Made by a program: the position numbers and the translations under genes. From NCBI GenBank assembly GCA_964385465.1, contig CAYLPJ010000024.1:14238-78237 (forward strand): DNA of 64,000 nucleotides. The letters are read 5' to 3'. Origin of the DNA: an uncultured Planctomycetaceae bacterium (lineage in GTDB: Bacteria > Planctomycetota > Phycisphaerae > SM23-33). The notes below the pieces were generated by a model. The model did no database searches and was not told the origin of the DNA. It saw only the letters and a program-made list of their open reading frames with translations. Shown here one piece after another: positions 1-8,035 of this stretch. Every line of letters begins with the position of its first letter. Position 1 is the stretch's first letter.

Positions 1-699
1 CGCGCGAACGTCCCCCGGGTGAAACGCTGGATCCGCCACCGCCTCGTCGCGGCCGGCAACCCGGACTACTACACGCCGGAGGAGTACCTTGCGATCGCGA
101 TGGCGACGGGGATCATCATGGCGTTGATCCTGTCGGTCGCGTGGGGGGTGGCGCTGGGCAGCTTCAGCCTGCTGCCGATCCTGTTCGGCCTGCTGGCGGG
201 CGCGGGGCTGACGCTCTCGCAGTTGCACAGCCGCGCCGAGAAGCGCCTGCGGCTGATCTGGAAGCGCATCCCGTACTCGTTGGACCTGATCTCGCTGGCG
301 ATGGGCGCCGGCGCGACCTTCACCGAGGCGGTGGAGACGGTCGTACGCGAGGAGTCCGACGATCCCCTCAACGTGGAGTTCAAGACCATGCTCGCCGAGA
401 TGGACCTCGGTTCGACGCGGACGAAGGCGATGCGGAGCCTCGGCGACCGCGTGCCGCTGGAGAGCCTGCGGAATATCGTCGCCAGCGTCATCCAGGCCGA
501 GGACCTCGGCACGCCCCTCGGGGAGGTGCTCCACCAGCAGGCCAGCTTGCTGCGGCTGCACCGATCCGTCCGGGCCGAGAACGCCGCCGCCGTCGCCAGC
601 GTCCGCATCCTCGTGCCCAGCCTGCTGATCCTCATCGCCGTCGTCCTGGCCATCTTCGGACCGGCCATGCTCCGCATCGCCGAAAGGGGGCTGTTCTGA
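1..699 (+). CDS. tadC: Tad pilus assembly inner-membrane protein, TadC/T2SS-F family (5' end off window)
   Basis: Frame is open from base 1. Motifs IPYSLDLISLAMGAG..F..A, EF...LAE..LG..R..A and IQAEDLGTPLGEVL..QA...R..R...AE..A are typical of TadC. Confidence 0.85.
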   Translation, partial: RANVPRVKRWIRHRLVAAGNPDYYTPEEYLAIAMATGIIMALILSVAWGVALGSFSLLPILFGLLAGAGLTLSQLHSRAEKRLRLIWKRIPYSLDLISLAMGAGATFTEAVETVVREESDDPLNVEFKTMLAEMDLGSTRTKAMRSLGDRVPLESLRNIVASVIQAEDLGTPLGEVLHQQASLLRLHRSVRAENAAAVASVRILVPSLLILIAVVLAIFGPAMLRIAERGLF

Positions 700-1862
700 T
701 GGCCGACGCCACCGCGCGACCCGAACTGATCTTCCTCACCGGCCCCCAGGCCGGCGAACGCGCCGTGCTGATGACCAACCCCGCCGTCCTCGGGCGGGCC
801 GCCTCGACGGATATCCGCCTCAAGGAGCAGGCCGTCTCCCGCGAACAGCTTGCCTTCACCTACACCAACGAAGGCTGGCTGATGGAGAACCGCTCGGCCA
901 ACGGCACGCTGGTCAACGGCAAGCGGTACAAGCGGCGGGATCAGAAGCTTGCCCTCGACACCGGCGACGTCGTCGGTGTGGGCATCCAGACGCTGATCCT
1001 CTACGTCGCCGGCGGCGATGACCCCGAGGCCGCGCTCGCCGCCTGGCGGGATGCCAACCCCGACATCGACACCACGCCGACGCCTGCCCCAGCCGGCGGA
1101 GCGCCCGCCGGAGAAGGGGAAGGCCCGAGAACCGACGCCGCCGGCGCGCCCGAGAAGAAGCCCGGCAAGAAGGAGAAGGGGGACAGGGAGCAGAAACCCA
1201 AGGGCAAGAAAGCGGCCGCCGGGGGCGAAGCCGGCGAGCACGACGATGCCGAATCCGAGGAAGAGGACGAAGAGGACGACGAGACCGGCAGCGTCAAGCT
1301 GAAGATCATCCTCGCGTTCCTGGTGCTGCTGGGCATCGTGATCTTCGGCATCGCCATGATCCTGCGCAGCGGCGGGCCCGGGCCGCAGGACGCAGGCCCC
1401 ACCGGCCCCAGCCGCCTGACCAACGAGGAGATCCGCCAGGCCATCGAGGCGCCCGTCGACCGCCCGCCCAGCCGGACCAAGGCGGCCGAGCACCTCCAGA
1501 GGGCCGTCCACAGCTACGAGAACCGCGTGCTCTGGGAGCCCGGGGACCTGTACCGGTGCGTGAAGGACTTCAAGCTGCACAAGGCCTACCGCAACGCCCA
1601 GTCGCTGAGCAGCATCCGACACGAGCAGATGTTCCACGATGCGATGGAGGAGCTCGTCGGCAAGGTCCAGCAGCGCTACGACGCCGCCTGGCGGCTGGAG
1701 AAGGCCCGGAGCTGGCGGAACGCCAAGCTCTCCTTCGAAGAGATCCTGATTATCCTCCCCATCGCCGAACTCGACCGCAACGGCGAGATCTACCAGACGA
1801 TCTTCCTCGACGTCCGTGACCACCTGAACCTCATCAAGTCCAAGATGGGCCGCGTGGAATAG
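699..1862 (+). CDS. FHA-domain membrane protein (N-terminal FHA, acidic/Pro linker, one TM helix, periplasmic helical domain)
   Basis: ATG overlaps the tadC stop (TGATG). FHA motifs LGR...DI.L....VSR and S.NGTLVNG. Hydrophobic stretch IILAFLVLLGIVIFGIAMIL. Confidence 0.8.
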   Translation: MADATARPELIFLTGPQAGERAVLMTNPAVLGRAASTDIRLKEQAVSREQLAFTYTNEGWLMENRSANGTLVNGKRYKRRDQKLALDTGDVVGVGIQTLILYVAGGDDPEAALAAWRDANPDIDTTPTPAPAGGAPAGEGEGPRTDAAGAPEKKPGKKEKGDREQKPKGKKAAAGGEAGEHDDAESEEEDEEDDETGSVKLKIILAFLVLLGIVIFGIAMILRSGGPGPQDAGPTGPSRLTNEEIRQAIEAPVDRPPSRTKAAEHLQRAVHSYENRVLWEPGDLYRCVKDFKLHKAYRNAQSLSSIRHEQMFHDAMEELVGKVQQRYDAAWRLEKARSWRNAKLSFEEILIILPIAELDRNGEIYQTIFLDVRDHLNLIKSKMGRVE

Positions 1863-1880
1863 GCCGGGCCCCGGCCCTGG

Positions 1881-2035
1881 GCGGGCTCAGATACGTTCGT
1901 TGCGGTTCCTGCGCCGGACGCGGCTCCTCTGGCAAGGCGGCCGAAGCAGGCGATGCCGTAGCATCGCCGATGCTGGCCAACGCGGCCAGGCGGACCGGGG
2001 ACCAGCAGGAACGCAACATACGTATCCGAGTCCGC
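1881..2035. repeat. Palindromic MITE/REP-like element, copy 1
   Basis: Imperfect ~31 bp terminal inverted repeats (gcgggctcagatacgttcgttgcggttcctgc / gcaggaacgcaacatacgtatccgagtccgc) and central hairpin ggcgatgc-cgta-gcatcgcc. A near-identical inverted copy lies at 23403-23563. Confidence 0.85.
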
Positions 2036-2998
2036 TCAGCCGCCGCGGAGAAAGGCGTCGTCCTCGGCCGTGAAGACCACCTGCCCCGGCGGGAGGCGTC
2101 CCAGGTCGAAGCCGTCCAGCAGCTCATCCAGCGTCGCCGGCCCGCGGTCGGCCAGCAGGCCGCTCCAGTGCCCCAGCAGGCCCAGCACCCGTTCGGGCGG
2201 GGTGCCCGCCTCGCGGTAGCTCGCCAGGCGCGTGTCCCCGTGGCGCTTGGCCAGCCTCCGCCCGTCGGGGCCGACCACCAGCGGTAGGTGCCAGTGTTCC
2301 GGCTCGGGCGCCAAGCCCAGCAGGCGCCGCAGGTGAACCTGCCTGGCGGCGGAGTCCAGCAGGTCGTCGCCCCGGACGATCGCGTCCACCCCCCAGGCGG
2401 CGTCGTCGACCACCACCGCGAGCTGGTAGCCCGCCAGCCCCTCGTTGCGGTAGATCACGAAGTCCCCGCACGTCGCCGACAGGTCGATCCGCTGCGGCCC
2501 GGCGAAGCCGTCGACGAACTCGATCGGCTCGTCCCCGACGCGGACACGCCAGGCGGGCGGTCGGCCGGCGTCGGCCTCGGCCTCGGCGGCGGTGGCGTAG
2601 CGCCCGCGGCACGTGCCTGGATAGGCCGGTCCGCCCTCGCCGGCGTGCGGCGCCCCGGCCGCGAGTTGCACGTCCTTGCGGCTGCACGTGCAGGGGTAGG
2701 CCCACCCGGCGTCGATGAGCCTGCCTAGGGCATCGAGGTAGGCGTCCGAGCGGGAGGACTGATAGACGGCCGGGCCGTCGAAGCCCAACCCCAGCCAGGC
2801 GAGGTCGTCGAGCGCCTGGCGGTCGGCGCCGGCCTTGGTGCGGGGCCCGTCGAGGTCCTCGATCCGCATGAGCACGGCCCAGCCCCGGCTGCGGGCCATC
2901 AGCCAGTTCAGCAGGAACGTCCGCGCGTTGCCCAGGTGCAGCGCCCCGGTGGGTGAGGGGGCCAGGCGTGTGATGCGTGGTCGGGGGTTCGCGGCCAT
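2036..2998 (-). CDS. gluQ: Glutamyl-Q tRNA(Asp) synthetase (GluQRS)
   Basis: RLAPSPTGALHLGN, RIEDLD, CTCSR..YPGTCR, YQLAVVVDD, VRGDDL and RLAKR motifs; no anticodon-binding domain. Confidence 0.9.
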   Translation of the reverse strand: MAANPRPRITRLAPSPTGALHLGNARTFLLNWLMARSRGWAVLMRIEDLDGPRTKAGADRQALDDLAWLGLGFDGPAVYQSSRSDAYLDALGRLIDAGWAYPCTCSRKDVQLAAGAPHAGEGGPAYPGTCRGRYATAAEAEADAGRPPAWRVRVGDEPIEFVDGFAGPQRIDLSATCGDFVIYRNEGLAGYQLAVVVDDAAWGVDAIVRGDDLLDSAARQVHLRRLLGLAPEPEHWHLPLVVGPDGRRLAKRHGDTRLASYREAGTPPERVLGLLGHWSGLLADRGPATLDELLDGFDLGRLPPGQVVFTAEDDAFLRGG

Positions 2999-3005
2999 GG
3001 AGGAC

Positions 3006-3033
3006 ATTGTGCGTCACGGCGCGAGGGCGTCAA
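3006..3033 (-). promoter_or_regulatory. Putative sigma70 promoter of gluQ (TTGACG-16-CACAAT)
   Basis: Read on the minus strand; the -10 ends 7 nt before the ATG and there is no SD. Confidence 0.45.
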
Positions 3034-3069
3034 GTCCATGCGAACGGGCGCCCACGGCCGCCGGGGCGC

Positions 3070-3098
3070 TTGACTTGCGGGGCCGCAGAGAATAGGTT
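3070..3098 (+). promoter_or_regulatory. Putative sigma70 promoter of the ArnT-like gene (TTGACT-17-TAGGTT)
   Basis: Consensus-like hexamers with a 17 nt spacer in a divergent intergenic region. Confidence 0.5.
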
Positions 3099-3118
3099 TC
3101 GGTCGTTCAGGATCACGG

Positions 3119-5074
3119 ATGCTCACGGACACCGATCACACCCGAGCCGGCCTCGACCCCCGTCCCGGCCCCGCGCGCACCGCGGCGGACCTGGCCCTCA
3201 TCGCCGCTGCCGGAATCGCCGTCGTCGCCGTGGCCGCTGCCGCGCCCACGCACCTCTACGCCTACGCCCAGCTCAAGCGAATCGGCTCGGCCATGGCGAT
3301 CCTCCAGCGCGGGCAGTGGCTGCTGCCCATCAACCAGACTGGCGGCATCGCCAGCAAGCCGCAGCTCTATCCCTGGCTCTCGGCGGCGCTGCTGTGGGCG
3401 ACCGGCGCCTACAACGACATCGTCTTCCGCCTGCCCAACATCGCCGCCTACCTCGCCACGGCCGCGCTGACCTACGTCTTCGCCCGCCGCGCCCTCGGCC
3501 GGCGGGTGGCGCTGCTGGCCGGGTGCCTCTTCGCCACCGCGCTGCACATGGGGCGCATGGCGTACATCGCCTCGACGGACATGCTGCTGACGATGTCGAT
3601 CACCGCGTCGATGCTCTGCGCCGACCGGCTGCTCGCCCGCCCCTGCCCGCGGCGCGACCGCTGGAAGTGGGGGGTCGCGCTGTGGGCGAGCATGATCGTC
3701 GGCGGGCTCAGCAAGGGCTGGGGCGTGGTCAACCTCGCCCTCGTGGGCTTCACGCTCCTGCTGGTGGCCGTGATCGGCCGGCCGCTGCCGGTGGGCCTGC
3801 ATCGCCATCGGCGCCGCGGGCGGCTGGCGCTGACGCTGTGGCTGGCGCTGCGGCGGACCCGGCGGACCATGCGGGCAACGTACTTCGGCTGGGGCCTGCT
3901 GGCCATGGCCGCCGTGTTCGTGCCGCTCTGGATCGGCATGGCCCTTCGCGGCGGGGCGGAATTCCGCGAGCTGATCTACCACGAGTTCATCCAGCGGGCG
4001 ACGGGCGTCGGCGCGAACCCTCCCGAGGGCCCCAGCGCCCCGCCGGTACTGCACTGGCTGTACTACCTCCTGCCGGCCTCGGTGCCGGCGCTGGGGGCCC
4101 TGGCCCTCGTCCGGCCCCGTCGCTGGTTCCGCCGCCGGGGCCCCATCGGCGTGCCGCTCGCCTGGACCGTCGGCGTCGTCCTGCCGTTTTCCCTTACCGC
4201 GGGCTTCCGGCCGGACTACCTCCTGCCGTGCTTCCCCGCCGGGGCCATGATGGCCGCGTGGGCCGTGGAAGAGACCCGCCGCCGAGGGGGGCTCGATCGC
4301 GCTTCCGCCGTGCTCCGTCACGTCATCGCCGCCGCCAGCGTGACCGTCGGCCTGGCCGTGGCGGTCCTCGCCGCCGGCTACCTGCTCCGCGGGCACCTCG
4401 GCGGGGCCCTCGCCGACGCGCTCGACCCGCCGTATCGCCGCCACGCCGCCACACGCGCCGCCCTGTGGGTTCTGGTGCCCGGCGGGCTGGCGTGCATCGT
4501 CCTGGCCGTGCGGTGGAGCCTGCGCTGGCGGCTCGGCCGCGTCGCGGGTGTCGCTGTCGTCGGCATGCTCGGGGTGGCCTTCTTCAGCACGCACCTGCTC
4601 AGCCGCCACGCCCGCACCGGCGACGGGGAGATCATGCGCCGCTTCGCCCTTCGCGCCCGGCCGATCGTGGGCGACGACGGCTTCCTCGTCCTCCGCGCCG
4701 AGAAGCTCAGCGTCGAACTCTACCTCGGCCGGCTGGGCACCCACGTTCGCAGCTTGGAGCACCTCAACCGCACGGGCCACCCGTGGTTGATCACCTGCGA
4801 CCGCGGGCTGTGCGGCATGGGCTCCTGCCGGCCGGACCCGAACGGGGCGTACGTCGCCGAGGTCTTTGTCGACACGCCCGCCGGCCCCGCCGAGCGCAAG
4901 CAGCGGTATGCCATCGTCGCCGAGGATTTCGGCCGGGACGTGCTGGCCAGCGAGCCGGTCTTCTCCCAGAACTGGGGCCGCATCCACCTGATCCGCCTCC
5001 GCCGCCCCGTGACGGTCTCGGGCACCGCCCCGCGGATGCCGTTCGTCTCCGGCAGGCGCGAGGATGAGGACTGA
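3119..5074 (+). CDS. ArnT/GT83-like (PMT_2) polyprenyl-phosphate-sugar transferase, integral membrane
   Basis: G.WLLP...KPQLYPWL, FRLPN, STDMLL, LSKG and RPDYLLP motifs; many TM helices. Confidence 0.75.
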   Translation: MLTDTDHTRAGLDPRPGPARTAADLALIAAAGIAVVAVAAAAPTHLYAYAQLKRIGSAMAILQRGQWLLPINQTGGIASKPQLYPWLSAALLWATGAYNDIVFRLPNIAAYLATAALTYVFARRALGRRVALLAGCLFATALHMGRMAYIASTDMLLTMSITASMLCADRLLARPCPRRDRWKWGVALWASMIVGGLSKGWGVVNLALVGFTLLLVAVIGRPLPVGLHRHRRRGRLALTLWLALRRTRRTMRATYFGWGLLAMAAVFVPLWIGMALRGGAEFRELIYHEFIQRATGVGANPPEGPSAPPVLHWLYYLLPASVPALGALALVRPRRWFRRRGPIGVPLAWTVGVVLPFSLTAGFRPDYLLPCFPAGAMMAAWAVEETRRRGGLDRASAVLRHVIAAASVTVGLAVAVLAAGYLLRGHLGGALADALDPPYRRHAATRAALWVLVPGGLACIVLAVRWSLRWRLGRVAGVAVVGMLGVAFFSTHLLSRHARTGDGEIMRRFALRARPIVGDDGFLVLRAEKLSVELYLGRLGTHVRSLEHLNRTGHPWLITCDRGLCGMGSCRPDPNGAYVAEVFVDTPAGPAERKQRYAIVAEDFGRDVLASEPVFSQNWGRIHLIRLRRPVTVSGTAPRMPFVSGRREDED

Positions 5075-5108
5075 GCCCTCCCCGTCGGCGCGGTACAATC
5101 CCGCCGTC

Positions 5109-5963
5109 ATGGAACCCGGTTCGGACCGCAGGCGCGTGATCATCAACGCCGACGACCTCGGCTTCTCCCCGGGCGTCACGGAGGGGATCCTCCGCGCTCA
5201 TCGGGAGGGTGTCGTCACCTCGACGACGCTGGCGGCGAACATGCCGCCCGCCGACGAGGCCGTGGGACGGCTGGGCGAAGTGCCCGCCCTCGGCGTCGGC
5301 GTGCACCTGAACGTCTCGCAGGGCCCGGCGCTGTCGGGGGCCGGGCGGGAGGCCCTCGCCGACGTCGACGGGGTGATGCGTCGCACGGCCGTGCAGGTCC
5401 TGCGGCGGTGCCTGTTGGGGCGGCGGGTGCTGGACGCGATCGAGGCCGAGTGCGACGCGCAGGTCCGCTGGCTGCTGGACCGCGGCGTGACGCCGACGCA
5501 CCTGGACAGCCACCGCCACATCCACGCCTTCCCACCGGTTTTCCGGCGTGTGGCCCGCGTGGCGCGGCGGTATGATGTGCGGTTCGTGCGGTGGCACGGC
5601 GAGCGGCTGCCGGGGGCGGGCTGGCCTGCCTGCCCGCCGAAGCAGGCGCGCATCCGCTGGTACACCAACCTGTTCGCGGGCCTGAACGCTCGCGCCGCCG
5701 ACGGGCTCGCCCATCCGTCCGGGACGTGGGGTGTCGCCCACACCGGCCGGATCGACGCGGATTGGCTGGTCCTCGCCGCCCGCCGGCTGCCGCCGGGAAC
5801 GATCGAAATCATGACGCACCCGGGCCTGGCCGACGACCTGGACCCGGAGCTGTCGCGGCTGCGGGAAAGCCGGCGGGGGGAGATGGACGCCCTCCGCGAC
5901 GCGGCCGTCGCGGCGGCATTCGAGACCGAAGGCATCGAACGGATTCATTATGGCCAGCTCTGA
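5109..5963 (+). CDS. YdjC/ChbG/HpnK family carbohydrate deacetylase
   Basis: IINADDLG, GVGVHLN, THLDSHRHIH and EIMTHPG motifs. Confidence 0.9.
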   Translation: MEPGSDRRRVIINADDLGFSPGVTEGILRAHREGVVTSTTLAANMPPADEAVGRLGEVPALGVGVHLNVSQGPALSGAGREALADVDGVMRRTAVQVLRRCLLGRRVLDAIEAECDAQVRWLLDRGVTPTHLDSHRHIHAFPPVFRRVARVARRYDVRFVRWHGERLPGAGWPACPPKQARIRWYTNLFAGLNARAADGLAHPSGTWGVAHTGRIDADWLVLAARRLPPGTIEIMTHPGLADDLDPELSRLRESRRGEMDALRDAAVAAAFETEGIERIHYGQL

Positions 5964-6972
5964 CAATGCGACCGAGGCCCCGACCGTCAAGTACAGCGTC
6001 GTCGTGCCGTTCTACAACGAGCAGGAGATCGCCGAGCGGCTGTGCGCGCGGATCCTCCGCGTCATGGCGCAGATGGGCGAGTCGTTCGAGTTGATCGTCG
6101 TCAACGACGGCAGCGCCGACGCCACCGCCGAGGTGCTGGAGACCGTCGCCGGCGGCAGCGAGCACGTGGTGTTCATCGACCTGCGGCGGAACTTCGGGCA
6201 GACGACGGCCCTTCAGGCGGGCTTCGACCACTGCCGCGGCGAGGTGATCATCGCCATGGACGGCGACCTCCAGCACGACCCGTACGAGATCCCGTTCTTC
6301 GCCAGGAAGATCGACGAGGGCTACGACATCGCCAGCGGGTGGCGCGTCCGCCGCGGGGACAGCTTCCTGCTGCGGCGCCTGCCCTCCCGCGCCGCCAACT
6401 GGCTGCTGGCGAAGGTCTCCGGCGTCAGGCTCCACGACTTCGGCACGACCTTCAAGGCCTACCGCCGCGAGATGCTCGAGGAGGTCCGCCTCTACGGCGA
6501 CATGCACCGGTTCGTCCCGGCCGTGTGCGCCAGGCTGGGCGCGCGGATCTGCGAGGTGCCGATCAAGAACGTCCGCCGCCCATCCGGGCGGAGCAACTAC
6601 GGGCTGGGGCGGACGTTCCGCGTGGCGCTGGACATCCTGACGCTGCGGTTCATCACGGCCTACCTGACCCGCCCGCTGCACTTCTTCGGCAAGTACGGGA
6701 TGATCAGCATCGCCCTCGGCTCGCTGATCCTGCTCTACGGGTTCATCCGCAAGCTCATCCAGTGGGGGACGTTCCACCTGTTCGAGCAGCACGGGCCGCT
6801 GATGGCGCTGGGGTTCATGCTCGTGGTGGTCGGCCTGCTGCTGCTGGCGACGGGCCTGATCGGCGAGCTGCTGATGCGGATCTACTTCGAATCCTCCCCG
6901 GCCAACACCTACGCGGTCCGCCGCGTGGTCGGGCGGGGCGAGCGGGAGGACGGCGCCGGGCCTACAGCGTGA
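5950..6972 (+). CDS. GT2 glycosyltransferase, ArnC/GtrB-like (undecaprenyl-phosphate sugar synthase)
   Basis: SVVVPFYNE, VNDGSAD, RRNFGQ and MDGDLQHDP motifs; two C-terminal TM helices. Confidence 0.9.
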   Translation: MASSDNATEAPTVKYSVVVPFYNEQEIAERLCARILRVMAQMGESFELIVVNDGSADATAEVLETVAGGSEHVVFIDLRRNFGQTTALQAGFDHCRGEVIIAMDGDLQHDPYEIPFFARKIDEGYDIASGWRVRRGDSFLLRRLPSRAANWLLAKVSGVRLHDFGTTFKAYRREMLEEVRLYGDMHRFVPAVCARLGARICEVPIKNVRRPSGRSNYGLGRTFRVALDILTLRFITAYLTRPLHFFGKYGMISIALGSLILLYGFIRKLIQWGTFHLFEQHGPLMALGFMLVVVGLLLLATGLIGELLMRIYFESSPANTYAVRRVVGRGEREDGAGPTA

Positions 6973-7807
6973 GCTCGGTCTGGCAGGTGACGCCGAAGCA
7001 GTCCATGCCCCCGCCGCCGGCGGCGATGCGGTCCCGGCAGGTGGCGACGATGGCGTCCACCTCGTCGTCGGCGCGGTCCTGGTTGTGGTGGTAGAGGCCC
7101 AGCGCGGTCACGCGTGCGGCCAGGGCCAGGCGGAGGGCGTCTTCGTAGGTCGAGTGCCCCCAGGTGCGCGTGGCGTGGTATTCGTCCGGGGTGAACTCGG
7201 CGTCGTGGATGAGCAGGTCGGCGCCGTGGCAGAAGGCGGCATAGTCCTCGAACGACCGCCCGCCGCCGTGACGGCAGGCCAGCTCGTTGTCGGTGAGGAA
7301 CACGAAGCTCCGCCCTCCGGACTCGACGCGATAGCCCATTCCCTCGTCGGGGTGGCTGAGCGTGATCGGGCGGATGTGCAGCCCGGCGAGCTCCAGGGGA
7401 GTGCGGGCATCGTCGGTCTCGTGGAAGCTGACGTCGGCGTGGACTTCCTCCAGCGGCAGGGGGAAGTTCGGCGGGGCCATGGTCTCCGAGATCATCTTGT
7501 GAAGCGTCTTCTGCGCCGACGGGCTGCCGTGGACGCGGATGCGACAGCCGCGGCGGTAGAGCGGCTTGAAGAACGGGAACCCCAGCAGGTGGTCCCAGTG
7601 GGCATGGGTGAACAGTAGATCGATCTCGTCGACCTGCTCGTCCCGCAGGAGATTGCCCAGCCGCCGGATGCCCGAGCCGGCGTCGAGGACCAGCACCCGC
7701 CCGCCGTCGCCGCGGACCTCCATGCAGGCGGTGTCGCCGCCGTAACGCAGGTATTGCGCCCCGCAGACGGGGATCGAACCCCTCGCGCCCCAGCAGCGGA
7801 TGAACAT
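6962..7807 (-). CDS. MBL-fold metallo-hydrolase
   Basis: WGARGSIP, YGGDTAC, LDAGSG, THAHWDH, WGHS and HHNQ motifs; GGAGG SD before ATG 7807. Confidence 0.85.
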   Translation of the reverse strand: MFIRCWGARGSIPVCGAQYLRYGGDTACMEVRGDGGRVLVLDAGSGIRRLGNLLRDEQVDEIDLLFTHAHWDHLLGFPFFKPLYRRGCRIRVHGSPSAQKTLHKMISETMAPPNFPLPLEEVHADVSFHETDDARTPLELAGLHIRPITLSHPDEGMGYRVESGGRSFVFLTDNELACRHGGGRSFEDYAAFCHGADLLIHDAEFTPDEYHATRTWGHSTYEDALRLALAARVTALGLYHHNQDRADDEVDAIVATCRDRIAAGGGGMDCFGVTCQTELTL

Positions 7808-8035
7808 AGCCGGCACCTCCATGACGCGCCCGCCGCCGCCACCCGGCGCGGGCGGGTGCATTGTAGCAGTTTCCATCCCCTACATCGGCCGATACCACGG
7901 CTTTCCGCTACACATCCACCGGACGTTCTGCGATAATACGGCGTTCTCGGCGGGGGTCGGAGGCCAGGGACGGCCGCCGGCCGGCACCCGCGGCGCCAAG
8001 GTCCCCCAAGACGTGTGACGGAATGGAGTTGTGAA

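Noticed and set aside
1834-2127. Small proteins sharing IGDATASPASAALPEEPRPAQEPQRTY (also 23119-23580)
   Set aside because: The shared peptide is a translation of the palindromic DNA repeat, not a gene family.
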